This document shows, piece by piece, positions 1-13,061 of a stretch of DNA of 64,000 nt. Position 1 is the stretch's first letter. Every line of letters starts with the position of its first letter. The DNA is from Octopus vulgaris (taxonomy: Eukaryota), in the NCBI GenBank assembly GCA_951406725.2, contig OX597822.1, forward strand, positions 70,060,001-70,124,000, written 5' to 3'. Position numbers and translations under genes: made by a program. The notes beneath the pieces were generated by a model. It had not been told where the DNA came from. It did no database searches and saw only the letters and a list, made by a program, of their open reading frames with translations.

Positions 1-183
1 GTTCCCCAGCTGCACGGGACGCCAGTCCATCGCAGTGTTACTCATTTTTGCCAGCTGAGTGGACTGGAGCAACGTGAAATGAAGTGTTTTGCTCAAGAAC
101 ACGTGTTGCCCAATCCAGGAATCGAAACCATAATCTTACGATCATGATGCTGACACCCTAACCACTAAGCCATGCACCTCCAC
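1..183 (-). mobile_element. tRNA-derived SINE (family D), cut by window edge
   Basis: Reverse strand reads GTGGAGGTGCATGGCTTAGTGGTTAG (A box) ... GGTTTCGATTCC (B box) ... TTGCTCCAGTCCACTCAGCTGGCAAAAATGAG. A related copy lies at ~31180-31415. Confidence 0.8.
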
Positions 184-199
184 TTATTTTTGTATACTT

Positions 200-452
200 C
201 CACTTTATTTATATTTGAAAGGTTTCCTCCTTCTTTTTTGAATTGCAAAGTCTTTGATCAGATCCTCAAAATTAATCTTCAGTAACACATCTGCATCTAT
301 ACTTAGTAGAGATAAAGGCATCCTGAATATTATTTTAGAAAGTTTAAAGTGATTTCTTTTGTGCCGTAAACCATCTACCATTTCTGTGGTGCTCCCATTC
401 CCTTGATGCCCTAAGCACATACTTATTTTGCTTAATGGTTAATCCAGCGCTG
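200..452 (-). mobile_element. hAT-type DNA transposon remnant (C-terminal transposase fragment plus one terminus)
   Basis: ORF 205-420(-) ends LSLLSIDADVLLKINFEDLIKDFAIQKRRRKPF, resembling the hAT C-terminal dimerisation region. The terminus CAGCGCTGGATTAA at 452 resembles hAT TIRs. Confidence 0.6.
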
Positions 453-1394
453 GGTAAGCTACTGGATTGCATGTAGCAGTGAGACGGACTCAGTTTAAAT
501 GAATCAGTTTTTAATCTTCTGGATGCTGGAAAGAAACTTACTCAAAAAGCTTATAACTATGCAACATTTGGAAAAGCAGATCTGTTGCTATTTTAAAATT
601 TTGACTTTTAAAGCTGATCATTGTTTTTGCTTCATAACATTTAAAAACAAAATTTGTATCAAATTAGAAAGATTAGTAAAGTTAATTTGTAATGATGTGA
701 GGGAAGAAATAAATGCAAATAAATGTTTTTATTTTCCTTGTTTTTGCACCGACCTTACTGCTACTCAGCTTCTATCCTCAAACCATCACTTCCACAAAAT
801 TTTAACGTGTAATTATAACTATTTCTATTTGTGGGTGCTTGAGATATTTTACTATCTACTTTTCTCTCATCTTCCATCTTTTTACAATACTTTAGCCTAT
901 CGTCCTAATTGTATCTTATTTTGCAATTATTTAAAGGATGTATCAATTTTATTTTCTGTTCAACTTTCTGATCCTTCTCCTCAATTTCTTGGTTCCCACC
1001 CTATTGTTTAGTCATCTCTTACTTCACCATATCAGTTAATCACTTTCAAGTTTCTACGTATCCTTTCCTTACACAGACCAACTAGCTCGATAAACCAGTT
1101 AACATTTACATATTATACATATACATACACGAAGTGGTGAATTAGATACAACAAAACACCTAGGTCAGCTTGTTATATCTTGCATACCAATAGCAGTCTG
1201 TGGTACATTTTGAACTTCATTAAAGATCAATTATGGTAGAATAATTTTTAAAAAAAATGTATTTACCTAAGGAAAAAAAACAAAAAAAACAGACAGTAAT
1301 CATACCCCTTTTCGGGCACTCATTTTTGACTGGAAGACAGGTATAGCCAGTACAAGTTAATATAATTCATACTTAATCTGAATTGTTAGTAATC

Positions 1395-1645
1395 TACCCA
1401 TGGGCAGACAAGCAATTCTGGAGAAGAATTAGGGAAGGGCTCAATACTGTATTGCGAGGGCGACTCACAATATAGATGGCTGCATGAAGAGATGAGGCTA
1501 TCGAGTAAGTTTATTTTAGGTTCAGTGGAGCAGAAGAAATTGTAGTAGTAGTAATAGTAGGTAATAAATATGCTGCTCGACAGGGGATCAAAAGCTGAAC
1601 AGTTTATTGATGAAGGCTTGTTTACGAAGCAGTCGGCCCTTTTAT
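1395..1645 (-). pseudogene. Very decayed CR1/L2-group LINE ORF2 C-terminal fragment
   Basis: Minus-strand translation KRADCFVNKPS...YYYYNFFCSTE...FFSRIA resembles the KRAxRLI...YRYYxGxCSxEL...FFxRT pattern, with frameshifts. Confidence 0.3.
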
Positions 1646-1703
1646 AGATGGGAATAGCTTAAAATATGAGTACGCACATAATAAGAGAGTGCCCTGGTAT
1701 ATT

Positions 1704-1920
1704 GATTTCAAATTTTGACACAAGGCCAGCAATTTCGGAGTAGGAGGGGTTAGCCGATTACATCGACCCCTGTGTTCAACTGATACTTATTTTATCGCCC
1801 CACGAAATGATGAAAGGCGAAGTCAACCTCGGCGTAATTTGAACTCAGAACGTAAAACGGACGAACTGTCATTAAACATTTTGCCTGTCATGCTAACAAT
1901 TCTGTCTGCTTGCCGCCTTT
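1704..1920 (-). mobile_element. tRNA-derived SINE (family B) with degenerate target-site duplication
   Basis: Head AAGGCGGCAAGCAGACAGAA, B-box GAGTTCAAAT, body GCCTTTCATC...GATAAAATAAGTA. Flanked by GAGTGCCCTGGTATATT (1687-1703) and GAATTCCCTAGTATATT (1921-1937). Confidence 0.85.
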
Positions 1921-2089
1921 GAATTCCCTAGTATATTACTGGTACTTCATAGAAGAAAGAAAAGCCAAATGAATTTCAGAAGCAAAAATACAAAACATTA
2001 TACTCAAGTATAGCTGTTTTTACCGACTCGGAAAAAATTTAAAATAAAAGTAACTATGAGAAATGCTAATTGCTGAGAACTGAATTAAA

Positions 2090-2916
2090 TTAAAACCCTT
2101 TGTAGCTGTCGGTATTACTTCCCCCATTCTCCCATTCCCCCTCAGTACTGCCACCATCACTATTATCATTATCATCGCCAACACCCTCATTGACATCATC
2201 GCTTACACCATCATCATCATGATCATCACGATCACCATTATTTGTTACGGTCGTTACTGAGATCGTCGCCGCCACCTGTAGTCAGTAAACACACTCCCTC
2301 CATTCATGCTACCACCACCACCGCTACCATCACCACCGTCGTCTTCCTCCGCCGCCATCTTCCGCTGCTGCAACCATCACCATCAACAACAACATCATCA
2401 TCATCATCACAGCAGCCGCCGCCCGGGCACGCTCCCAGAATGCAACTCTCTTCTCGCTAGAGAGTCATATTTACATGTGTAAATAAAGGACATGCTCTTC
2501 TCCTAAAGCATTTTTGGTCACCCCTCTCTCTCTTCTCATCTCATCTGGTGCGACTCATGTACTTTACCCCGTACATGATCAGTGATTGAACCTGCCGAAG
2601 GAAAAATGTACCGTTAAGGACAGAAGGAAACCGAAACCACACACAAAAAAAAAAAAATTTACCGAAAAATTTAGGGGGCCAACTTTTTACTTAGGCGTAA
2701 AGCATCGGGGATATTAAATATTGATTTCATATCTATTCAAAACAAAAATCGACGACGAGGAAAAACTATATTTCCTGCTGTTTGTTTGTAAAGGCGGCGC
2801 CGAAGCTCTACTGAAATATTTTGACTACGAAAACGATAAGAATCCTTGCCTGATATCTTTTTTTTTTTTCTTCTTCCTTGTTTCTTCTATTTTCTTTACC
2901 TTTTTCTTCCCTCAAC
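2090..2916 (+). promoter_or_regulatory. Putative promoter / 5' UTR region of the kinase gene (CpG-retaining, CAT/CAC/CCG triplet-rich)
   Basis: Lies directly upstream of the ATG, is visibly rich in CpG relative to the intron, and has no recognisable TE. TSS not located. Confidence 0.5.
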
Positions 2917-2973
2917 ATGGCGACCCAGAGTGTGAATGTCAGCCTTGATGATATAGATCTCTCTAGTCTTCGA
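2917..2973 (+). CDS. MAP4K4: GCK-IV Ste20 kinase (misshapen / MAP4K4-TNIK-MINK1 family), coding exon 1
   Basis: MATQSVNVSLDDIDLSSLR (19 aa, 57 nt) matches the family N-terminus SLxDIDLSxLR. Kozak-like CAACATGG; donor CGA|GTAAGT, phase 0. The symbol marks the family; an invertebrate gene is co-orthologous to MAP4K4/TNIK/MINK1. Confidence 0.95.
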
Positions 2974-3198
2974 GTAAGTACCCTGACGTTTATTATATTT
3001 ATATTATATCACCTGCTTTATAATTATAGACGTTTCTTTCGTTTTTGTTTTTCTTCATACCCTTCCCATTTTTTTTTCTTCTCTTCTTTTGCCATGTCTG
3101 ACTGTCTCTATGTCTCTCCTGCCATCGCATTTTTGTTTTGTTTTTTTCCTTTTTCATTATAATGACCGATTTCTTTACACTTCTCTCTAACACATTTC

Positions 3199-3199
<1 letters not shown>

Positions 3200-3249
<50 letters not shown>

Positions 3250-3270
3250 CATACATATATGTGTGTGTGA
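3200..3270. repeat. (TA)n microsatellite, representative of many (e.g. 4823-4867, 7498-7537, 10957-11009, 11227-11313 with (AG)n, 34149-34198 (CT)n, 40760-40832)
   Basis: Directly visible dinucleotide runs. Confidence 0.95.
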
Positions 3271-4489
3271 TCACCAGTCATTCAACCTGCTAAGATAATG
3301 CAGTCTTAGATACAATATATCTGAATAAAAGACAGGGTGGTTACAACTAGAATGTATTTGCTCGTGTCTATTCAATCGGGACTGACTTGGAATCTATATA
3401 AATAACACGAACAAACACAGTACTCAGTGCTCAGGCACTCATTTTTTTTTTTTTTTCTGTCTGCTGTCTTATCTATTCTATCGCTAGTTCTCTCTGTCTT
3501 CATTATTTCTCACCCACCCCTATGTCGGTTTCGTCTTTCTCTTACTCTCTTTCTCTCTCAATCGCTATCTTTGTCTGTCTCCTTCTCTTTCTGCCTATCT
3601 CATGGCAGTCACACTACAAACCACAACCATCACCACTACCACCATCCTCATCATCATTTCCATCATCCTCATCATCATGATCATCATAATCATCACACAC
3701 GGTTTTGTCTTCTGTCTCGTACAACAAACAGCAACCTAGCATCACAGCAAACGACACCATGTCATCCATAAACAGACAAATAGTTTTTTTTTTAATTACC
3801 AATTTCTATGGCTTGACTCCCCATATCCTCACACAAAGTTCTTTGTTTATCGTTTTTTCTTAAGAACCGAATTAATTTAAATAGAACGCACGCACGCACA
3901 ATCAATTTGTTGTGTCTTATTGATAGGTGTACAAACAACACACACACATATATATATATATATAATTGTAATACATATGTATAATTGTAATATATAATTA
4001 TGTCTATATACATATAAAATTGTATAAATTGTATGCATATATAAATACATGCACATATACGGCTGTATATAATATATAATATATTATAGATATATATATG
4101 TAATATATAAACACATACATACATTATCTGTCTATCTATCTATCCATCTATTTATCTATCAACACATACATACACATATATATATATCTATATGCATGTT
4201 TGATTCCATCCACATTTAGCAACCGCTACTACCAACCCTAAAACTACACACAAATACAGTAATATTTAAAATACTAATAATTTAGGGAGCTGTAAATATA
4301 TTTTGAATCAGATTAGGTTTATCCCTGATTTTCCCCTGTTCTGTCCAGATGTAACCACGTTCCCGATTCTTTATCTATTTGGGAGCTGAGTGTGGCAACA
4401 AGGGTTTCTTTCTTTTTTTTTTTTCCTTTTTAGTATGTACCATAGAAATAAACGACTTAGTTATGAGCCACAGGCAGAATCAGTTGGTA

Positions 4490-4675
4490 TGTGGTGGTCG
4501 ATCGACCGGTTAAAAATAGCAGTCAAATTAAATCTTTCACAAATTCAGATCCCCATAGCAAAAGAGTACATTGTCTAATTAGCAAATCCCCTAAGAAGAC
4601 AAGATGGTCATAACTGGCGTGTTTTTGAGCACAATTCTGCCGGATAAGAGTCTACCTAGGGCTTAACAGCAACTA
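4490..4675 (+). mobile_element. Old short interspersed repeat (related copies ~3277-3407, ~39385-39515, ~51495-51600)
   Basis: Shared motif G(A/T)TCGACC(T/G)GCTAGAAATAGCAG(C/T)CAAAT...GACCTRGGGC among copies. Confidence 0.55.
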
Positions 4676-4819
4676 CTTTAGTATAACATTTTCGAAGCTG
4701 TATTTGAAGTAGTTCCTCTCCCACCTCGGCATCTTTCAGAAATGATGTTATTACATGTTATTAGCATGGAATTATCGCTTCTATTTCTACATACATACAC
4801 GTCTTCATCGCATCCCAGT

Positions 4820-4870
<51 letters not shown>

Positions 4871-5037
4871 AAGCCTTTCGTATCATAACTAATAAATAAA
4901 TATGACTGTGTTATGCAGTAAAAACTTATTAATATTTACACATTTTCCATATATACACACACATATACACACGCACATAACTTACATATTTTAACAGTTC
5001 CTATAATTTTTTGTGATATTTTAAAATAATTTCTTGA

Positions 5038-5145
<108 letters not shown>

Positions 5146-5653
5146 TAACAACAATAATTATGGGACAGTAATGTCTAAACTTTTTTTTTTTTTTGGCTTC
5201 TAAAATTAAAATATTTCATAGAAGTGATTCACCAAAATAGTCAATATAATTATACTCTCTGTGCATTTTAGCCATTTCCCTTCATTGGTATGTGGATATA
5301 TTTTATAATTAAGATATTTTTTTACCAACTTAAGCAGTGTTTTTTTGTGGGTGGGGATGAAACTGGAAACAATAACAAGGTTTTTTTAATCAAAAGTGTC
5401 TATTGACTTCCATAAAAGATTATGCATATATTGCTCCTTATCAGCTGGGATTATAATCCGAAAGGGGCTGGTTATAATGTATGTTTTTGATGAGGTGTGT
5501 GAGTATATGAACATACACACCTGTATGTGTGTATATATATATATATATATATTTATAGAATGATAATAAATGCATGTATATATGTCATATATATACGTAT
5601 CGTATATATATATATATGTAAGCATATGTATGTATACATATGCTTCATATTGA

Positions 5654-5699
<46 letters not shown>

Positions 5700-7279
5700 C
5701 ATGTATGCAATATATGCATATTGAGAACACTCCTAAAAGAGTTTTGAATGAGAGAGAGAGTGAGTCGTTATCATAATATTATTTTCGGAGCCAACATTGG
5801 TTAGCCTTACCTCTATCTGTCTCACCTATCTCTTCTACTATACTGCTTCTCTTTATTTGGAATAACAGTGATGCTGAAAAATCTTCCAGACATATCTTCC
5901 TTCTATCCAGCCCTCCCCCCTCCCCTCGCTACCATCACCATCGCCATCTTTAACCTCCCCCCTCTCCGTATTATCTGCACCAGAATCACTCTCCCCATTA
6001 CACACCCTTGCTCCATTCAGATGGCTTCCCTCACCGATTAAGGCCATGGCCCTTCGTCTCTGGACACCAACCCTATACCGTTTTCCTTTTAACCGCCATC
6101 ATCATCATCATCAGCATCATCAACAACAGCAGCAGCACCGTTGTCTTTTAGTTCTGTTTTCCGGTAGTCGGAAGTCGATAGAACAAGTACCAGTTTATAT
6201 AGAGAATGTAAAAAAAAAAATGAAAATAGAAGAAATTAAAAATAATTTAAATGATAAATCGATCGCCTATATTCCTCTTTCCTAGTACCTTCTTTGCAGT
6301 TTCTAGTTCCTGTGAGGTTTGATGCAAAGGAATCAAGTTGTTTCTAGTCGTCATCATCATCATCATCGTCGACAATCCTTCTGCTACAGACACCTTGATT
6401 GCTAGCTAGCTTAGGCATCTTTCTTTCCACCATCCAACTAGTCCCCCCCCCCACACTCCCGCTTCCATCACACCACCAACACCATCTCCACTATAATAAG
6501 CATGCTGCTTTATTTGGGTCTATTATTTAGGCTCTAGCCTCCTTTCGTAACCCACCTCCCTTTCTTTCACTCCCAAACATTTTCTTATCCAACCCTCCCC
6601 ACCTCTCCCTCCTTCCATTTAATTCCTGTAGCTCGAGACCATTTTTTTTTTTTTTTACAAAAAAAATGTTTTATTTATATGATGCTACTGGTTTCTGGTC
6701 TTGAGATTCACGCCCTTCCCCCAAATTCATCTCAGCCACATGAAGACGTGTGTATATATAGGGTGTGCATATATGTATTAAGTACGTGTATATATGTATG
6801 TGTATGTATATATATATATATATATGTTTGCGTGTATGTGTACACACATATATAAATATATATGTTTGTATGTGTGTATATATATATATATATATGTATG
6901 TTTGTGGATGTGTGTGTGTATATATATATATGTGTGTGTGTGTGCGCGTAGTATATATATGTAGGTATGTGTATATATGCATGTGTGTGTATATGTATGT
7001 GTAAATATCTTGGAAAGACTGCAGTCATTCCGGCACGCCATTGTTGCACCTTCGTGGGATAGTTGTTTTGTTATTGGCTTAGGTTATAAATAATACTTCG
7101 AAATAGTGTATAATTTTTATAGATATTTTTTTCGTTTTGGTTTCTTCCCCACCTCATTTTCTCTGTAAATTTTTTCCTTTATTTTAAACGGTTATTGCTA
7201 TATTTTAAAGGATCGGGTTGTAATTAACATTTTGCAAGTGTCCGTGTTGACAAATACTCGTTCATACACACGCACACAC

Positions 7280-7314
<35 letters not shown>

Positions 7315-7491
7315 CTTGTGCATTCTAGACGATTATATATTTGCAATATATTTAGCCCCCCATCTCTTGTTCTGATCTTGTCTGTCTTCTCATTTTTATC
7401 ATTCTCATTCGTATGACAGTAACATGATTATAGCAACCGACTCATGTATCCCTAATGTTTCTACCGATCTGTGTCTACACACATTTGTGTC

Positions 7492-7540
<49 letters not shown>

Positions 7541-9264
7541 AATAATTCAACACCACCCTCTCTCCCTCTCTAATATGGCGTGAGGCACTGAGCCCATCTG
7601 ATATATTCTCTCTCAGAGTTCTTCCTCTCTCAAAGCGTATTTTTTAAATATATATATATATAGCTTAGAAACGTTTATGTCTGGAAATTTTTCTCATACT
7701 ATTTTTGTCTATAATTTTACACACACACACACATATATATATGTGTGTTAATATTTCCCCGTATACGCCTTTAAAATCTAAACATATATAATAATAAATA
7801 ACCATCTGATTTAATTATCACCAATTATATATATATATACATATATATGTCACATTTTGGTTCTGCACCTATATAGCACGCATTACACACACACACACAC
7901 ACACATACATAGTAGGGGTATGATTGTATATTTCGTGAGGAATTCTTAATAATCTGTAGATGCTGTGTTTCCGGTAGAATTATATTAGCAGCAGCAATAA
8001 TACCTTCATCAAATATTTATTTTAGTAAACTTCGCTTCTCTTAACACCAGTACTTGATTATTCTTACGTATTTATTTTAAAACTGGTTAATCTGCTGTTG
8101 TGTTTAGTTTACGTAGTCTTTAGGTTTTAATTAGTTATTTAATTATGGAAGTGTATTACAAAAAAACGTTAGAAAAAAATTTCGTGAAGAATTAAGGTAT
8201 GTTAAAGAAAGTCATTCCAGAGACAGGAAGTGGTACATCAGCTACTTCCTGTTGGATGAGAATGGTAAGAATCTCAAAATAAGAACATTGAAATTATTCC
8301 TGCCAACAGTTTCAGGATATTATTTATCATTAGGGGCTTGTTGTCTGTTGAAAAAATAAAATGTTTTTTAAAAATTTACTGTTATAACGAAACTATCGAA
8401 ACCTCAACCGTCTTTTTAGCTGACTTCCTGTCTCTTGTAGCTGCTTCCCTCTACAGTTCTCTATTTTTTTTTCTTTCTTCACGACTCCCTCAACCTGATT
8501 CTTTCTTCTTTCATTCGACTTCATATTTTCATCACTGGTTTCCTTTCTTCTACATCTATTTACTACTATGCTAACGGTTTTCTAATTTTTGGCTTAAACA
8601 TTACGAACGTCTGTTTCGCATCTAATAATTGTAGGAAATCGCCTGCATCCTTTAGTAAAATGACAATTCCTTAATTTTCTATAATCGTCATATGATTTAA
8701 ATGTATTCAGTCGAAGTTGCTCACGACACAAATGACGACCATAATCTTTTCTACATATTTTACTGGGGTGATTTTTCAGCTCTTTTCACCTACTTCCTTT
8801 AGTGATTCCAAGTTTTACAAGATTTTTTAACAAGAAAGCTACTTAAGTTTTTTTTTTTTTTTTTACACTTCATCTTACGCAGTACGTTTTGTTTCATGTA
8901 GAATAACAGTTGAATTATAATCATAACTAAATTTCTAGATTGAAATTATAGAGTAGAAAGTCAACCCCAGTTTCCTCTAAATTGTCAGCTAATTTGGGGA
9001 TAAAGTTTTTTTCATGTATATTATATATGATCTTCAGAGTGTGCAGGGGTGATGTTTTCTCCATGAAACTCATCATCATCATCTAACGCCTATGTTCCAC
9101 GCTGGCATAATAGCAAATACTAGAAATAATATTGGTTGCACTACTGATAAGGTACTACTCAAACAATAGAAGTGTTGCTGTGGACTATTCAAAGACACAG
9201 GGCATATTTATAGAACATGGAATTATGTACAGAATCTTCAAAATGTGAGGGTATTGGATATCAT

Positions 9265-9692
9265 CACCACCATCATCATCATACGTTCACTTTCCTATGT
9301 TTGTATGAGTCAGACGAAATTTGTCGAGACAGATTTTCTATGGCTGGATGCCCTTCTTTTTGTTGACCCTTACCTGTTTCTAAGCAAGGTAATATTTCCC
9401 TATGGCCAGACATGCTTCTCATGGGAGACTGGAAACAAGCATTACTTGAATGATGATGATATTCGTTTACAACCGTCTCGTAATGTTTAGACAAAGGTAC
9501 ACACACATACACATGCTGATATATGAATCATAGGTTTCTTTCATTTTCTGTCTACCAAATTTGCTCAAAAAACTTTTGTTGACCCTGGGGCTATTGCAGA
9601 AAACACTTGCCAAAGGTACAATGCAGTAGGACTGAACCCAAGATCATTTGGTTGAGAAGCAACTTCTTAAAGACACAGCCACACCTGCACCT
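9265..9692 (-). mobile_element. SINE with family-A tRNA/CORE-like head and RTE-derived 3' tail
   Basis: Minus strand: GGTGCAGGTGTGGCTGTG head ... GAAGGGCATCCAGCCATAGAAA...GAACGT(ATG)n tail. Same structure at 15755-16150, 24470-24830, 29998-30420, 35262-35810, 44578-45005 and 49755-50100. Confidence 0.8.
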
Positions 9693-9718
9693 CTCTTGAT
9701 AACATTATCTATAGAATA

Positions 9719-9930
9719 CATAAGGTGGTGAGCTGGCAGAATCATTAGCACACTGGATGAAATGCTTTGAAGTATTTTATCTGCCGCTACATTCTGAGAT
9801 CAAATTCTGCCACAGTCAACTTTACCTTTCATCCTTTCGGGGTTGATAAATTAAGTATCAGTGAATCACTGGGACTGATGTAATCAACTAGTCCCCTCAA
9901 ATTTCAAGCTTAGTGCCTATGAGTAGTAGG
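9719..9930 (+). mobile_element. Family-B SINE with 15-bp TSD; a second copy follows at ~9948-10168
   Basis: ATTATCTATAGAATA at 9704-9718 and 9931-9945. Confidence 0.85.
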
Positions 9931-10183
9931 ATTATCTATAGAATATTTATGGCAGTGAGCTGGCAGAATCATTAACATACTGGGCTAAATGCTTAGCGGT
10001 ATTTCGTTTGTCTTTACTTTCTGAGTTCAAATTCCACTGTGGTTGTTTTTTGCTCTTCATTCTTTCAGGGGCTGGTAAAATAAGTAACAGTTGAGCACTG
10101 GCGTTGATGTAATTGACTAGGCTTTGCCTTTGAAATTGCTGGCCTTGTGCCAAAATTTGAAACCATTTTTTACAGAATACCAT

Positions 10184-10562
10184 TACTCTTTTATTTGTTT
10201 CAGTCATTTGACTGTGGCCATGCTGGAGCACTGCCTTTAGTCGAACAAATCAACTCCAGGACTTATTCTTTGTAAGCCTGCTACTTATTCTGTCGGTGTC
10301 TTTTGCTGAACTGCTAAGTTACAGGGACATAAATACATCAGCATCAGTTGTCAAGCGATGTTGGGGGTACAAACACACACACACACATACTCACATATAC
10401 GACAGGCTTCTTTCAGTTTCCGTCTACCAAATCCACTCACAAGGCTTTGGTTGACCCAAGGCTATAGCAGAAGACACTTGCCCAAGGTGCCACAGAGTAG
10501 AACTGAACCCGGAACCATGTGGTTTGTATGCAAGCTACTTACCACACAGCCACTCCTGCGCC
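10184..10562 (-). mobile_element. Full-length family-A tRNA-derived SINE (CORE-like box, (AAAAGAGT)n-type tail)
   Basis: GGCGCAGGAGTGGCTGTGTGGTAAG (A box), GGGTTCAGTTC (B box), GGCACCTTGGGCAAGTG (resembles the 5' half of CORE), internal microsatellite, tail ...TGACTGAAACAAATAAAAGAGTA. Confidence 0.88.
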
Positions 10563-10953
10563 AATATCCATTGTTTATTCTAAACTACTACGATGCTCCT
10601 CATTTTGTAAAGTTCCATTAATTAGTTCTATCTCATTGCAGATCTATGATCAATCTCTGCCTCAGTTCACTATACATTTCTATCACTATCCATTGCAGGA
10701 TTCTCTTTGTGGTCACTGGACCACATAGAATTAGGAACTGAATCATACCTGTCCTTACAGAATGGACATATTGGATAATATAGTTGTAGATATAGGTACA
10801 GGTGTGGGCGTGTGATTAAGAAGCTTGCTTTGCAACCATGTGGTTTTGGGTTCAGTCCTACTGTGCGGTGCCTTGGGCAAGTGTCATTTACTATAGCTCC
10901 CACAATGCCTTGTGAGTGGATTTGGTCGACAGAAACTGTGTGGATGTCTGTTG

Positions 10954-11012
<59 letters not shown>

Positions 11013-11014
11013 TA

Positions 11015-11179
11015 AACAGTAGAGCAAGTTTCCACATCAAAGTGGCAGGTGAATGTTACTACTAGTTTAACCCCAGGCAGATTCTCTGCCAGCTGGTTTT
11101 CGATGTGGAGAATCTGCCTGGGGTTAAACTAGTCGTGACATTCACCTGCCACTTTGATGTGACAACTCGCTTTACTGTT
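11015..11179. repeat. Long foldback inverted repeat (72-bp arms, 21-nt loop), MITE-like
   Basis: 11015-11086 is the reverse complement of 11108-11179 with about 6 mismatches. Confidence 0.92.
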
Positions 11180-11224
11180 CAGTATACATTACTACTCTAT
11201 CTCTTCTCGAGATTTTATAACTGT

Positions 11225-11317
<93 letters not shown>

Positions 11318-11533
11318 GTATGGGTGGTTTAGTTCACTTGTGATCTAAATGAATAGGTACGTTGGGTAAGTGCTATAGTTGGTTGACCATTAGGTTCCAA
11401 GATCACAGCTAAGGCTGGATCTAGGGTTCTGTTATAGCATGTATATATTATATTAGAGGAAAAATTAAAACCAAGGCAGAACGAGTATCTCAAGTCATTT
11501 AGAATAATTTAATTTGGGTAAGGTGTATTTGAA

Positions 11534-11609
11534 GCCCTACGGCCGTTTCTGGGATAACCCTAGTGGTTGGTTAGCATGTCCGTGCACTGGGTATTCCATC
11601 ATCAGAGAC
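11534..11609 (-). ncRNA. Type I hammerhead ribozyme motif (Penelope-like, minimal stem III)
   Basis: Minus strand: GTCT-CTGATGA-TGGAATACCCAGTG...CACTAGGGTTATCCCA-GAAA-CGGCCG-TA-GGGC. All core nucleotides are present, with a GUA cleavage triplet. Confidence 0.8.
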
Positions 11610-11719
11610 AAGGTATGAATATTTTAGACGGAGAAAATTTACAGTTTACAAGGAGTAAAATTCACAGTTTATAAGGAATAACATAGAAGAATAAAGAGTA
11701 AAAAGTAGTTAGAAGAATA

Positions 11720-11831
11720 TAGGCATTCCCCCTGTGTGGCATTTTAGGCAAGTGTCTTCTACTATAGCTTCGGGCCAACCAAAGGCTTGTGAGTGGATTT
11801 GGTTGAGGGAAACTGACAGAAGCCTGTCATA

Positions 11832-11869
<38 letters not shown>

Positions 11870-12060
11870 TATGTGTGTGTCTGTGTTTGTCCCCCCAACA
11901 TCGCTTGACAATCTATGCTGGGGTGTTTACGTCCCTGTAACTTAGCGGTTTGGTAGAAGAGTCCAATAGGCTTCCAAAGATAAGTCCTGAGGTCGATTTG
12001 CTCGACTAAAGGCGGTGCTCCAGCATGGCTGCAGTCAAATGACTGAAACGAGTAAAGAGT
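11720..12060 (+). mobile_element. Family-A SINE, 5'-truncated
   Basis: GGCAAGTGTCTTCTACTATAGC...GTGAGTGGATTTGG...GGCGGTGCTCCAGCATGG...TGACTGAAACGAGTAAAGAG. Confidence 0.85.
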
Positions 12061-13061
12061 GTATATATATATATATATATATATATAAATGTGTGTGTAT
12101 GTGTCTTAGTGTTTATGCTTACCCTCTTTGACAATTGTTGTTGGTTTATTGATGTCTCTGTAACTTAACAGTTTGGCAAAAAAGATGGTTAAAATAAGTA
12201 GCAGACTTCAAAAAATAAGTACTCCAGTTGGCTTATTTGACTAAACTCTTCAAGGCATTGCCTCAGCATGGCTGAGGATGAGTCACTGAAATGAATAAGA
12301 AGGGAAAAAAAGAAGCATTTAAAAAAATGGTTCAGTCATAATTGGAATACCTTCAGTTATAAATCTCCTTAAGGCAGCAAATTGGCATAGTTGTTAGAGT
12401 GTCTGTCCACATGTTTTATGGTATCCTGACTCTCTCTGCTGTGAGTTCAAATTCTGTTGAAATTGAGTCTTCTGTCACTCACTTTATCTCTTGCTTAGAT
12501 TCAACTGTGTGAAAGGTCTATGAAAGGTACATTTGCATCAGGGGCCCCCATCTTTTCCTTTCACCAGCATTTTGTGGGCTCAAGAAGATAATGTAGGTCT
12601 TCTTGATCAGTAGTATCATTAAATAGTAATAATACATTTCTGTTCAACTTATGTGACTCATTTTCATTGTCATCATTTAAGATTGGTTTCCCGTTATAGT
12701 ATGGGTTGGACAGTTTGACAGGATTTGATGAGTTGCAGAGTTTCATCAAATTCCAATGTCAGCTTTGGCATGGTTTCTATGGCTAGATGCCCTTCGTAAT
12801 AACAACCATTTTGCAGAATGTACTGGATGCTATTTTTCAAGCAACCAGCACTAGTGAGGTTGCCAAGTTACCTGCAAGACAGAATTAGAAGAAAAGGCAA
12901 AAGCCCCCTTGACTAAGTGGGTTAGGAGTGTATTTGAGAATGTGTGTGTGGGTGGGGGATGGTTGTATACCAGGTGTCAAGAGGTTAACATATGTTAGAG
13001 GGAAAGTGCAGGTGTCTTACTCTAGAGAAGGTACATGGCTATCTCACATTATATTAGGGTG

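Noticed and set aside
499-1011. 170-aa ORF, the longest non-LINE ORF
   Set aside because: F/L/C/Y-rich composition typical of AT-rich non-coding DNA; no motif recognised.
2090-2460. Asp/Gly-rich and Thr/Ser/Pro-rich ORFs
   Set aside because: Translations of CAT/CAC/CCG triplet repeats in the promoter region; no evidence of coding.
2878-3162. 94-aa ORF as a single-exon gene
   Set aside because: Only 2917-2973 is coding; the rest is UTR and intron read-through past the GTAAGT donor.
6671-7049. Overlapping YI/HT/VC-repeat ORFs (also ~3792, 5386, 40662 and others)
   Set aside because: Artefacts of (TA)n/(CA)n microsatellites.
10490-10562. tRNA genes
   Set aside because: A/B boxes belong to SINE heads that continue into SINE bodies; no complete cloverleaf with an acceptor stem.
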